Both the position numbers and the translations under genes were made by a program. Shown piece by piece: positions 26,701 through 39,271 of a DNA stretch of 64,000 bases (position 1 is its first letter; every line of letters starts with the position of its first letter). The notes below the pieces were generated by a model. The model saw only the letters and a program-made list of their open reading frames with translations, ran no database searches and was not told where the DNA came from. The DNA lies in the NCBI GenBank assembly GCA_047495785.1, contig JBLDXI010000001.1, positions 186,001 through 250,000 on the forward strand. The letters are read 5' to 3'. The stretch comes from Lepidodermella squamata (taxonomy: Eukaryota > Animalia > Gastrotricha).

Positions 26701-27411
26701 CATTACCCTAACTAGCATTGAAATATTTTTGAATAATTCTAAGCTTTCATGTTGCCTCTTCATAATATCCTCTGTTATGTTCATATTTGAATTTGCTTGT
26801 AGGCCGGCGCTGTGGGGTTTGCCGGGGAATCTAGCCAAGGGGCAAGCAGTGGCCGCCCGAAAGCGACCGAAAGCCAACGCTCGAAAATTGTCGACGTCGA
26901 TGAGTACCTGCCGACAATCGACGAACCTACTGCCCGGCAGAGTCGGGTTAATCGGTCGTTTAACAATGGCCAACCCGGGGCTCAACAGAGGCGCATACCG
27001 TCGAATGCTACGCCAGCTCAGCGGCTGAATTGGCGCAATAACGGGTATACGACTGATCCAACAGCTGCGTCGCCGCGTTCGTTGCGCGCCTCGCAGCAAG
27101 TCGACGGCGGAGTCGACAGCCGCAACACGATGCGAGTGCCGTCGATGGCGCCATCCAGCGGCGCACTACGACCGAGCGCTTTCCAACCGATCGAGACCAT
27201 CGGCGAGGACTACATGATGCCTAGCAACCAGTCGCCCTCGGCCGCGCCGCTGTTGAACATCCCGACTAGTCCCGGCGCCGTCTACTTTAGCCCGCGGTCA
27301 TCAACTCAACAGCCGGCGAACGGTTGGCGAAACTCGGCCCAGTCAGCGTCATCGCCCCCTCCGCCTCATCCACAGCCCCTTTCCCCGAGTCATCGAGAAA
27401 CGTTGCTTTAG
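20726..27411 (+). CDS. EGFR: EGFR/ErbB-family receptor tyrosine kinase (about 10 coding exons)
   Basis: Exons about 20726-21043, 21140-21317, 21373-21487, 21547-21748, 21806-21952, 22010-22934, 23000-23222, 24601-24964, 25023-26674, 26803-27411. Signal-like segment; receptor L domains (FPRLVVIRG, LDFFENLTSI, MPRLRSVRG...NNPKLC); furin-like Cys repeats; TM (IIGGSVAAGLVVIIIIVVLIVV). Kinase motifs GRGAFGTVY, VALK, HRDLAARN, ITDFGLAKLL, PFKWLA, SDVWSFGVTLWE. Tail DVDEYLP and YTTDPT; C-terminal ETLL. Start codon tentative. Confidence 0.93.
23886..24514 (-). mobile_element. 5'-truncated non-LTR retrotransposon (RTE-like) inside EGFR intron 23223..24600
   Basis: Antisense ORF 24027..24503 resembles an RTE-type ORF C-terminus (GIKLLDFIPNYDLR...QRMRYLGHIIR...KPKGAPKTTW). 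3' tail of (ATGAAACA)x3.75 at 23886-23915. 11-bp TSD CCTACTAACCG at 23875-23885 and 24515-24525. Confidence 0.9.
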
Positions 27412-28001
27412 TTCTTAGACCTTTTTTACAATTATTATTATTATTAATTTTAACAATTATTATTTACGATGAAATTATTACATTGCGACATCAAAATAAT
27501 TCTATGGCTGCTTTATTCTTGTTCTTGTTTACTATTTTTGTTAATTGCTTGAAACTACGCACGTTGCTCTGCAAGATGACATGCTTATTTTTCTCGTTTT
27601 TTTTGATTTCTCACTATCACCGTGATAAGGACCACTTGTGTTTTATCGCCCGCACTACATGTCGATTCATTGTTTATTTTGCTGATTGTTTAATTATTGT
27701 TTCGACCACCACTGCTTACAGTTTATTTTCTTCTTGTCGTCATCGTCGGCACGCTGGCCGCGTAGGTGTCGTTGTTCAGTTTCTTTTATAGACGGTGCTT
27801 TCATTAAAAAATCCCAGCATGCGCAAACTACGGCTTCAATTAATGTTTATGTTGATGTTCTGGACAGCGGGACCTATACCCTGTACAAACTTCTGCTGAA
27901 TCAACTATTATACTTTTCTTCAAAAATCCCAATTTTTCTAGCTGTGCCATGGCCTTTTACATGTAATTTCAGCTGCAGATACTTAACTCTATTTTTGTCT
28001 A

Positions 28002-28506
28002 TCGACCTTTCCAATAATTGTGAACTGGTTGCTAAATTTCTGTAATACTGAGGATTTTTATATCCATAATTCCTATATGCTTTTACCTGTCGATAGTGAT
28101 TGCCGCGAGGACCAATACCCATTGTTGAGATGTGTACATATAGCTCTATCAAGTTTTCCAATCGAATGCGTGCTGTTTTTACATCGATATCATACGCTCG
28201 TCGTGATGCGACGAGCAGCGTCAGTGATTTTACAACATTGAAGAGGGACCGAATGAAAAGCAAGATGAAAAATGTTATCAATGTTATTTTTTACTATAAT
28301 AATCCATAAAATCCGAGCACGTCGGCAATAAAAGGAGTTGTCTTCTACCGTGCAATTATTTTGATCTAAAGCTGAAATCAAGGCGCCGGCAAAGTCGTGT
28401 TCAGCTGGTGTTCCATGTTGTCGCTTGAACCCGAAATGATGTCCTCGGAATAAATAGCCAAAATTACCATTATAAGATAACCGAAAATAATTCCACAGTC
28501 GGCGAT
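28002..28506 (-). repeat. 505-bp direct duplicate of 30192..30696 (last 129 nt of ZIP-A CDS plus 3'UTR); gene fragment
   Basis: Sequence from TCGACCTTTCCAATAATTG to TTCCACAGTCGGCGAT appears identical at both sites (offset 2190). The ORF track shows identical peptides, e.g. 28100..28309 = 30290..30499. Confidence 0.95.
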
Positions 28507-28917
28507 GTTTTGCTATCTCGTCTGCTTCCTCGCCTTCTCAAAAATGCGACATAAGAAAATGAGGCAGGAAAGCGTGATATGTATAATGCCTTGTTTTCCA
28601 AAAATTATCCCGCATAAGCAGTAAATTTTGAATATCGAGGCTTGATGGAAAATGAAAAATAGAAATAATGAGATTAATGCAGCTGATGGAAATAAACGGT
28701 ATAGATGCCGAAAAAATGAACACTATTAATGGTTTAGCCGCGAAGAATTTTTTACGGTTTTTATATCAGAAAGGCCTGCTGATGAACCCACCGGAAAATT
28801 TTTAAATCGTTTTAATTCTTTCATAAATCGACATTGAAAGCCCAATGCTTTTTTCGTGAACCGTTATCAATTCAGTTATAGACTGCAGATTTACAGTACT
28901 TATGGTACTTCAATATA

Positions 28918-29223
28918 CAGTGAAACCTCGATTTTGCGCCCTCGGATTTTCCGCCAATTCGGATTTTACGCCAGGTTTTCGCGTGCCCCCCGGCGAAGGC
29001 AATGTAAAAGATGCTTAAGTACATCCGATTTCACGCCACCAGATTTTACGCCATTTCGGATTTTACGCCAGTTTTTGTGTATATAAATCGTGTGATAGCA
29101 AAAATAATTAAAATCCGCGTGTTTTTTACTTGAAAAACCCCAACTTTCGATTTTCCGCCAATTCGGATTTTACGCCAACTTTTCCGTTGCCACCGCAATC
29201 GGCGTAGAACCGGGGTTTCACTG
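28918..29223. mobile_element. 306-bp MITE with CAGT-starting TIRs and TA TSD (Tc1/mariner-pogo type)
   Basis: TIRs CAGTGAAACCTCGATTTTGCGCC and CAGTGAAACCCCGGTTCTACGCC (19/23). TA at 28916-17 and 29224-25. About 7 internal copies of a GATTTT(A/C)CGCCA-like motif. Confidence 0.88.
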
Positions 29224-30567
29224 TATATAGACATAATTATGAATAATCGCCTCAAGAACTACTCTCGCTTGATAGCGGCTGCACGGTTATTACTAGACGC
29301 CGCAGAAACTAGACGACGGCGATGGCCTGGTGGTTTTATTATATACCCGAAGCCGCCGCCGTCTCGTAATGTGCGCGAGTAAACTCAGACGGCTCGGCAG
29401 TTTTTATCGTTTGCAAATCAACATTGCTTTTACATTTCTCACTTTACCACTTCGTCTACACATTTAATGCATAGTTGAATTTATTCTACCTAACAAACAA
29501 CACACAAGCGAAGGCAACGCTTCATTTTCCGAAAGGTAAAACAAGTCGAACGAATGAAAATGATCATGGCATCTTACTATTTTTTTTAATTAATTCTAAT
29601 AGCCTGTCGCTGCGTCTTCGCCTTCGTCTGAAAAACACCAGTTACTACCAATCAAACCAGTGAATCACCGCGATCGATATCCATCTAGTCTCACCGTTGA
29701 CTATGGGCGAAGATGCAAGTCTACGACGCGTCGCCATAAAAGGCCGCAATACGGTAGCTATCGTTTCTGACTACTCGGCCGGTGACGAGAATGACGGCAG
29801 CGCCACGAAAACGATGAATCGCGGCCAGTCCTCATCGTCTCGTATCGCCGCCAGTTTCCGCCTCGCCCAATCCAGGTTAGCTACGTTTATTACTGATTAT
29901 AATAGCAGCAGTGGTGTCACTTGCGAACTTTCGTATCCTGTGAAGAAGGGCGAACTTGTGAGGGCAGTACGGTATTTAAAGCCAAATTGTCGACTGCACA
30001 AGCCTCGACCGGCCGCAGTCATATTGCCACTGAGACAACCATTATTGCCTCGACTTGAAAAAAACCGAGTATACGCACCACTTTTATTATTGTTATTATC
30101 CACACCATTTTTCTTGTTTTGCTTGCATTGCTCTTTATTTAACACGAAACGCATTTTTTCCTAATAACCATTATTAGCGATGAATGCCGAGTCGACCTTT
30201 CCAATAATTGTGAACTGGTTGCTAAATTTCTGTAATACTGAGGATTTTTATATCCATAATTCCTATATGCTTTTACCTGTCGATAGTGATTGCCGCGAGG
30301 ACCAATACCCATTGTTGAGATGTGTACATATAGCTCTATCAAGTTTTCCAATCGAATGCGTGCTGTTTTTACATCGATATCATACGCTCGTCGTGATGCG
30401 ACGAGCAGCGTCAGTGATTTTACAACATTGAAGAGGGACCGAATGAAAAGCAAGATGAAAAATGTTATCAATGTTATTTTTTACTATAATAATCCATAAA
30501 ATCCGAGCACGTCGGCAATAAAAGGAGTTGTCTTCTACCGTGCAATTATTTTGATCTAAAGCTGAAA

Positions 30568-32123
30568 TCAAGGCGCCGGCAAAGTCGTGTTCAGCTGGTG
30601 TTCCATGTTGTCGCTTGAACCCGAAATGATGTCCTCGGAATAAATAGCCAAAATTACCATTATAAGATAACCGAAAATAATTCCACAGTCGGCGATTAGT
30701 AATCGGCGAACTGCTGGCCACAATTTGAAATTGTCAGTGTTATTTTCTACTTCGTGGCTATGTCCGGGCTCAGGTGGTGGAGTCAGTGGGCTCAGCTCGG
30801 GTAACAAATCAGTCAACGAGATGTAGAGGAAAAGTCCGGCAGCAATAGACAAAATCACAGTACTAATTAGAAAAGTTTCAATGACTAAATTCAAAATAAT
30901 CGAATCGATGAAAATAATTACTTAGCTGCAGGAGATTCGCCTACTAGAACACCGACTGCGAAGCCAGCGTAACACATGCAGGCTGATAAAAAATTGAGCA
31001 GAAGCGCTTGTTGTACAGAAAGGCCGGCTCGAAGTAAGACGGCGAAATCGCCCAGTTCGTGGGGCAACTCTTCCGCTAAGATAGCCAGGGAAATGGACAC
31101 CCCATCCGGAAGGCTGCGAGTCATGGCTGCGCCGATCGAAAGCCCGTCGACAAAATTGTGAATTGCTAGAGAAAATTTGCAAAAATGTGCGCAATACAAT
31201 AAACAACATGAAATTACCATCTCCGAAAATTACCATCCATGCAACTGAAATATAGACAAATAATGATTTTTCATTATTCAATTTGCGTAGAAATTGTTCG
31301 AGCTCTATCACCTGGTTGAACGTTGGCAGCAAATGTTACTACTCTCATAAAACAACTTGGTTCGGCTGGACTTTCATCCGCTCCAAGTGTTGTTGTAGAA
31401 ACCGTCGCTATCTCGATTGAACCGCTCGTATCAGCATCATCTTGTTGCCGAACGTTAACACTTCTTTGCCGTAGAGCGCTCAATTGGTTCTCCATTTCCT
31501 TAACCTCTTCCTCTTCAGTTTTCACCGGCGGTTTATCAACGGGAACATTCTGGAGCTGCATTTCTTTGGACTTATCTCTCTTCAATGGAGCACCGGTGTT
31601 AAGTTTTCTGCGTTAATTTGAAGTCACTTGCTCACCTTGGATGTGAAGAAAGCCAGAGTGATGCGCAGTATTTGCTCGAAATTGAAGAAACTATAAACGG
31701 CGGCTAGGACAATGCTTATCCGTCCAATGTACTCTTTACGCGCGTGCCACTCCATTTCATCAAAGCCAAGAGCCTGTTTTGCGAACGACGATTACCAGAG
31801 CAAACACATGTTCTATATTAGTTCTATAATTATACTACATTATTGTTCAAAACCAACCCCGGAAAGAAGGAAGAGGAAGCTGCTGCCGGCCAGCACTCCA
31901 ACTGCAATGGCCACCATGAATAACAACAGTGTTTTGTACCAACGCCGCTTCGTGAAAGGATGCAGAGCGATGCCGAACAGGGAACACAGATTGATCCCGG
32001 TTACCATCAGCAAACCGTAGGTCCATACTTGAGGAAATAATGCATTGATGGTGGATCATAATTGAAATTCGAATAGCACATACCTAACGATGTATCTAGA
32101 GCTAAATGATCTAAACTGTTCAT
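30568..32123 (-). CDS. SLC39/ZIP metal transporter, LIV-1 subfamily, ZIP8/ZIP14-like (ZIP-A; 7 coding exons)
   Basis: Spliced protein: [30 protein letters not shown]...[11 protein letters not shown]...[24 protein letters not shown]...[14 protein letters not shown]...[15 protein letters not shown]. Includes a 27-nt exon at 31218..31244. Confidence 0.92.
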
Positions 32124-32811
32124 TTTTTACTATTGATAGCATAAGAGAAAGAATGCCGGTTGCTAGCGCACTAATAGGCTTGTTTTCACTGATAGGATTG
32201 TCCTTAAACGAGTTCTCATGAGAACCCCTAATTTTGTGTCACATGTTCAGCTGCACGACTTATCTCGAGCAAAAAGACCGCGATTCCGATAAAGTTCAGT
32301 TTTATTCCCGCTTCATTATATCATCGTCATCATCGCCCTAACCACACCGCTTGAATAATCAGTTAATGCTCTTATCATTTTATACAGTTTATTAGATAGT
32401 ATCCTCGTTTTTCGTGGTAAATAAAACTTCGTTGTGAGCAGAGCGCAGAAAAGACCTTGTTGTTCATATTATGCTTGTGTGTAACATAGAACCAATGAGT
32501 CGATAAGAAACAGAACAAAAAGAGGAGGACAATGTCTGCGGTTGAGCAATGTTCATTGGCGTGTCATCCCACGAAATCGAGACTAGTGGCAGAAGTAGTA
32601 GTAATAACAGCAGCAGCAGCAATAATATTTTCAATGAATCACCAAAAATCGCGATTGCAGCAATATTTATAAATTATATATTGCAGAACAAACAAATTGT
32701 AACAACCAATTGGCCGGGTTAATTTCAGCAGTTCAGTAGCCAGCAACAACCGAAGCAATCACAATAAAAATATCGATCGACGCAAAAAATATCTAGGTAA
32801 AACTCGGTGGA

Positions 32812-34348
32812 TTATTGCGCGTGCTTATGCACGAACTCTTCGATATCTCCTGAGTAAAATGCCAGTAAAAGCATCGCCGAGTAGCCGACCAACATGCCCG
32901 AATTAGCAATCGACAAGTGTGTAAACAAATGGCGCATCGACGGCGAACGGACTGTGCCCGAAGAGGCACTTTCAGGCCGCTCTATTTGCTGCCCGCTTGG
33001 ATCATGCGAATGCCCATGACCCCCGCCTTCATTACTCGCCTCTGGCGACAACTCAGGTAGTAGATCTGTTAGCGCGATATACATGAATAAGCCAGCAGCC
33101 AGTGCAGATATTACTAGGCTTGCTTCTTTAAATTCACCAAGGAAAGCTCCGATGAAGTAACCGAAATAACACAGAACAGCTGATAGAAAATTCAGGAGTA
33201 GCGCCCATCGAAGAGGAAGCCCAGCTCGGAGAAGAACGGCCAAGTCGCCGATTTCGTGCGGCAACTCCTCAGCTAGCACGGCAATCGCGATGGACAGACC
33301 ACCAGGGAAACCCTTCGCCATACCTGCGCCAATGGCGAGGCCGTCAACAAAGTTGTGAATTCCGTCACCAAATATGACCATCCATGCGACCGGTTGAACG
33401 TGGCAAATGTCGGCGCAGGTGAATTTTCTGCCGCTCGTTTCAGGTCGGCGATGGCTCAGGGGAACCAGTGACATTATATTTGCATTAACCGGCTCGGCCT
33501 GAATTTTCGCTTTGAATGCCGGATCCTCGACAATATCCTGCAAACCTTCAAGCGTCAAGTCATCCGGCAAATCGGTTGACACGCAGGTTGCATGGCTGAC
33601 CAAAGTATGGGGATGGTGATGTGTAATTGTTGAAACAGGTAAATTTTCAGGAGTAAATGCGTTTTCATCATCCGTGATCTGATCGCTAGTTGCTGAGACA
33701 CCTTTCTGCTCGTCATCACTGGTATATTGTGTTGCCAATGGAGAGGTCGAATAAGGCGGTGCAGCTTGGCTACTGGCGCCTTTACTGTTACCTGCTGAAG
33801 AGGGAGTACTCTTTTGAAGTTGAGATGTTCTCTTTTTCTGCATACAAAGAGCATTTAAAAACGAATACATATTACCATAAAACTAACCCATGATAAGAGG
33901 AACGAAAGCAGTAATTTTAAAAGTTGCTCGAAATTGAAAAACACGAAAACGGAAGCCAACACTATTGTCACCGTGTTATAGTATTTCTTTCGCTGCTCAT
34001 CCGGGACGACCTCTGGATCATCAATTTCCAATGCACCGGCGAGCAGGAATAAAAGGCTGCTGCCTGCGAGAACTCCAACAGCGAGCGAGACCATGAATAA
34101 TAAAACACCTCGATACCACCGCTTTTTGCTCAGTGGATTGATAGCTATACCAAGCAGAGAACATAGATTGATGCCAGTAACAAGGAGGGGACCATACACC
34201 CATACTGAAACATGAAACATTTTTACACTGGAACTTGCACCTTTACATGCAGCTTACCGACGCGATTAGAGCTGAAATTTCCCGATGTGCTGTTCGTGCT
34301 ATTTCCGCTGAATCCGGTCCAGTTCGGGGTAGTGAAATTAACGGACAT
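32812..34348 (-). CDS. SLC39/ZIP metal transporter, ZIP8/ZIP14-like (ZIP-B; 3 coding exons), tandem paralog of ZIP-A
   Basis: MSVNFTTPNW...[17 protein letters not shown], His-rich loop (THHHPH), [58 protein letters not shown]. Confidence 0.93.
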
Positions 34349-36196
34349 TTGGTTAATCACGTGGTCACCTACTGGAAAAAAGTTTGTGTTCATTAAGTAT
34401 TCCCGGCTAACATCGCACAGCTAAGGTTGTGGAAATGGGAGCGAAGAAAAATTAAAGAAAACAAGAGATAAAGAAGGAGAGGAATAGAGGAATTAAGAAC
34501 AGTTAAGAGCATGTTGATGCACTGTAAGAAGTGCAACGCGTGATTTAGTAGACTTCGTACAATGATATTAAAGGTTGACGTTATCGTTGCTATGACAGCC
34601 GGTACTTTGAAATTTCGACCACAGTTTCGACCGAGAAAAGACTTAGCCTCTACAACGCGCAACACGCACGTGCTTACTGTCCTATTGTACAATAGTTGCA
34701 AATGGGGTCCGGCTATCCAAAGTCGCCAAGATTCTCATCTCTCATCGTCAGAGACAACTGCGAAGGCTGTTTGGTATCTGGTGCCCCTAGACTATCAGCA
34801 GCGAAGAACTATGCGAAATAACGAAAAATTATCGTAACGCTGTCAGCAAAAATCAGCATGATGGCGTTGCTTCGGACATCTGCGCAAGCCGTGGCACGCG
34901 CCTGTTGACGGGCCTGTGACTGATCAAGTCGAATCTGGCTGGAATAAACACATCGGCAGGGCCAGGATCACAGCCAAAAATGCTCAACCAAGAAACTGGA
35001 AGGGTCCATAAGCTCAAAGTTGACTGGAACAATAATCAATGCTCACTGCTACTATCGAGAGCTTATTTAACCTTATCCCGAATTATAGATTACCCTCTGA
35101 TTTCAACTGCTTCGCTGATCCAACTTCCAACTCGCCTACGCTGAATTAAATCCCCAAGTGAAGTCAAATCACGACTTATTAAAACATTGCCAATGTGCTC
35201 TCAACTTCAAAAGTCATTTTCTGAACTCGTAAAGTCAAGCCATCGACGCTGTAGATAAATTGTAGTTCAAACAAGGGGAGGATCAACTGTTTGACGTGAC
35301 TTGGCGTCAAGTCAAGTCAAGTCAATTCCAAAGTATCTAACCTTCTGTCTGAACTTCTGACTGAAGGAAGTTGCGGCCGGTCATGGTTGTGAGTGGTTAT
35401 GAGGTTGTTGGGTATTGTGGCTGTTTTGCATGCAGTGAAACGTTTAATAACGTGTAAGATTGGACGTCGGCACCCAAAACGATCTGTCCCAACTAACAGC
35501 CACGAGACAGATTTGAAAATGGCATGGGGCGGTGTCACAAAACTTCTGAGATTTTGCCCCGGAACAAGCATGCGTTGCTGGCAACCACATGATAAGGTCG
35601 ATAATGCGCCACATATATTTTATGACTTAACACAAATGTAGTTTATAAATTATTTTTTATTATTTTTCAAATAGTTATGTTGTTATGGAGATGACGCATT
35701 TTTTGAAGCTTCACGTTGTGTAAACTCCAACCCCCAAGAAGTCGGGCTATGAGAAGAAATCGAAAAAAACCGCAAAATTTTCTCAAATGTTCGCGCCACA
35801 ATGAGGAATAGTTTCTCTGGAAGACAAACTGTACTTTCTCCAATCCAAAATAATAGCTGTTTTTGTCTACCGTGTGTTATTCACCGTCTGAACTCGAATG
35901 ATTTCAACGTGCTCTCAATTGATGAGTTGAGAAACGCTTGGGCCTACCGATTCCTTATATTTATAAAGAAAAATTATTAATATTCGCGTTAGTCCCCATC
36001 AAGCGTTGAGTTGATCAAATTTGCTCCTGGTCGTAGGTCATAGGAAATGAGATGACTAGATACTACAATGCATCTATGCTATTCTTTATGGCATATTTAA
36101 TTGCAATTGAAAATCGTATGCTTAAATTTGAACTTTGGCACATCAGGGTCAGATTTATATTTTTCTTAACCTCCCTAATGCCTGCAAACTGATCCT

Positions 36197-39100
36197 ATGG
36201 AGACAACTGAATACCTGGAATTGGATTCATTCTTCTTGCCGAAAACTCCTATTCCGATATACAGCGAAAGGGCAGCTCATGTATCCTCTCGAACGTTCAA
36301 TCCTCCAATTTACAACCCTTCCTATCCTACTAGGTAAACATAGAAAGACTTAATGAGCCTAAATTCTTCCTTCATAAGCATTTCTCTCTCTAAACTTGAT
36401 TTCTTTTAACAGAGAAGAAGTCAGAGCTGCACATTACTTGCGCCGACAGGAACAAGCGCAGAGTCAGGGCTTCTACACACCTAACACTAAGCCTTACAAA
36501 GAAATCGGAGGACCTCTAATACTTGATGTTCGTCAGCTGACAATTTTATCACTCACGCAGCCTTCGGGAAAGGTTCCAGGAAGCATTATTTTATCAGCTA
36601 GCGCTACCTATACCAATGAATTCGCCGGCATTGAGGTAAATTTTCCTTTGTGTTGTTAAGAAGTGGGATCGATTCAGGTCAATTTATAGAACGAAACTCA
36701 TATGGGCACTGAGATTGCTCCGAGGAAAAGTGATGCAAAATCGATTGCAGACAGCGACGAATCAAACGTAAGCAATAGTTGCATCACGTCACAACTCATA
36801 TAACAACGACTTTTTAAAATCAGGAGCAAAGGTTACGCTTATATCGCCTCAAACATCAGGGTGAAATAATGAACGTCAAAAAAGAAGCCAAAGCAATGCA
36901 GTATGTTTTGGAAATCGCTCTTTATCATATTGAATTGTGTTGCCATTAGAATCATGTCACGATTTGCATCGACTGGTCTTCCGCTTTATCAACTTTTGAA
37001 CCGTGTGAATGACTTCAGAAACATGGCAAAACACGGAGCATTCGTTCAGGTGACAGTTAATTCTTGATGTATAACTTTAATTTAACCGCTTTCTTGAAAC
37101 AGTCTGGTGGAAGTAAAAACTCGAATGGCAGAAGATCTCAATCGCCATCTGATGATTCACCTACGCTTTTAAACAATATCGACGACGAAGATACCAGCAG
37201 CAGTGATGAAAGCGACACCGTTAGTCAATCTACTAGTCTTCCAGCAAACGCGAAAAAGTCTCTGCAAGATCAACCTCGGCCTTATTCTGCTGCTCATTGC
37301 AGGTTTGTTGGTGAGGTTTTACTTTACTCATGTGTTATGGAGTCTTCACTGAAATAGAATCGGCACGGAAGTTCCTGACAATGCAGCTTGTGAGCACTTG
37401 TACCGCCAACTATGTGCTTTATGTTGGCTGTTGGATGCAATTGCTAACACCGGTAGGTTTGGCGGTATAGGCATTCTATAATTGAGTTTTCGTTTTATCA
37501 GATCCGAACTACACAATGTGCCCTATCATTAAATCTTGGACTTTGCAAGGGCTTACTAATATGAAGATTAATTTGCAAGAAAACCAGCAAAAGACAGAAA
37601 AAGTAGAGCAAAACTGGTCCTCTTTCCTGACTCACCATACTTCATCTCATGGAAATAGTGGCGAAAAAGGTAATTCAGTGACCAAGAAAAGCAACATGAG
37701 GCTCGGCGGATCGAAGTATACTGGCAGCATATCTGAAGCTAGGATAAAAATGGGTCCAATGAGCGTATCAGAAGGACGTAAGTTGAGAAGAATGAGAATA
37801 ACTCATCGAGCCCATTTAACAATTTGTTATATAAACCCAGCTAACGATTCCGTCGACCTCGCTATTGAACTGCCAAGCGGTGCGATGACTGATAGAATGG
37901 CACCAACTGTTATCGATACTCCCGTATCTGCTAACGTTACCTCGGTTTTGCATTCCGCGGTTTCGGTGAATGATCGTAATTATTGTTCCTCTGCTCCTTG
38001 GTGATTATTAAATTTGATACGTTGCTAGTTACTCAACAACCGCCTCAAAATAATGATCAATCAACTGGAGGCGAGGCGCCTTCAGCTTCTCACAACACCG
38101 TTCTTCTGCAACTTCCGGCAACATCAGCTTCAGCCGATGGGAAAGATATGAGAGACGAGGATGTCCGCAGCAAAATGTCGAGTGCTTCGCAGCCTCGCCA
38201 CAAAAGCGCCATGTCCAGAAAAGCTGCCAGCGCTACTAGTCGAAGCGGTGCTGCTTCAGCCGATCCTGCTGGCCGGAAGAATGGAGGCCTCAACTATCGT
38301 CGTCTTATGCGCGACCGAGAATTCCTAACCGCAAAGCTCGTAAGTTGAGGAAACAGTTTTCTCGATAACAACTCAATTTAATCACTTCAGCACGAGGTCG
38401 AGATGGATATCGATCGGGAGGAGCGCTTTCGATCTCTGCGTCGATCGGGCCGAAAATCAAGCAATGCCATGTCTAACAGCGACTCAGGGAACGGAATACC
38501 CGAAGGCGCCATGTCAAGGGACATCATGGAATTTACAGCTCGAGCTGCGAGTGCTCGCTACGCTTCCCTGGCTAACCGAAGCCAACACCGTTTCAAGTCA
38601 ACAGCGGAAGAGGCAGCACTTGTCATTTCGGACCGACTCCATCAAATGGACAGCCGTCGAATGGAGTTGTTTCGACTCAAGTTTCAGTCTCTCGAAGCTT
38701 CGTCGGGGGCTGCTCCGGCCGAGTCACCGCAAAAACCAGCTTCAGCGACGCCTCGAAGCAGGCACGCTGAGACCTTCGACCGGGCAGCAAAGAGACTGCG
38801 GGCGAAAACGGCGGCTGCTGAACGTCAACGGCGAATAGCGGTCGAGCAGGCCAACGAAGAGCGACAACGCGATTGGCTGGGTGCTTTGAAGCTTGGATTG
38901 CCTCAGCAGCTGCTCGCCGAAGACTGGCGCTGCCGGAAAATAGTTGAGCGGCTCGAGAAACATGTAAATCTACGCCCGAATCAGACAACGGATCTGAACA
39001 GATTTCTAGACACCCTGAAAAGCCTCCGAAGCTATGAAATATGCGATCCTGACGTCGCGGTATGTTTTCAAAGCGAAAGTTGAGTTTTCAAATTTATATG

Positions 39101-39271
39101 ATATCGTTTTTTTAGACCGCGGTGGAATTTTGCCGCGAACGCATTTTACGTTTTCCAGTCAACGAATTCGAAGATTTCTTTCGGAAACATTTCCCTACCG
39201 TGCTGAGACCAGAAAAGCCAATCGAGAAGAAGAAAAACCGCAATCGCGCGGCTGTGAATCCACCTCAATGA
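36197..39271 (+). CDS. CCDC60: Coiled-coil domain-containing protein 60-like (DUF4698), multi-exon
   Basis: Spliced motifs LYRQLCALCWLLDAI...YTMCPIIKSW and FLDTLKSLRSYEICDPDVA|TAVEFCRERIL resemble CCDC60 as I recall it (QLCALHWLLEAL...MKPVITCW; LRIWELCSPDIAVAIEFVREHI). 5' end uncertain. Confidence 0.72.

Noticed and set aside
28930-29180. Short direct repeats with spacers resembling a CRISPR array
   Set aside because: Repeats are about 13 nt, irregularly spaced, lie within TIRs, and the context is eukaryotic with no cas genes; explained as a MITE.
29697-30164. 155-aa ORF inside the inter-repeat block
   Set aside because: No recognisable domain or consistent splice structure; low-complexity end.
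28002-30696. 505-bp repeats as LTRs of a retrotransposon/TRIM
   Set aside because: No TG...CA ends, PBS, PPT or flanking TSD, and the repeat is part of the ZIP-A CDS and 3'UTR.
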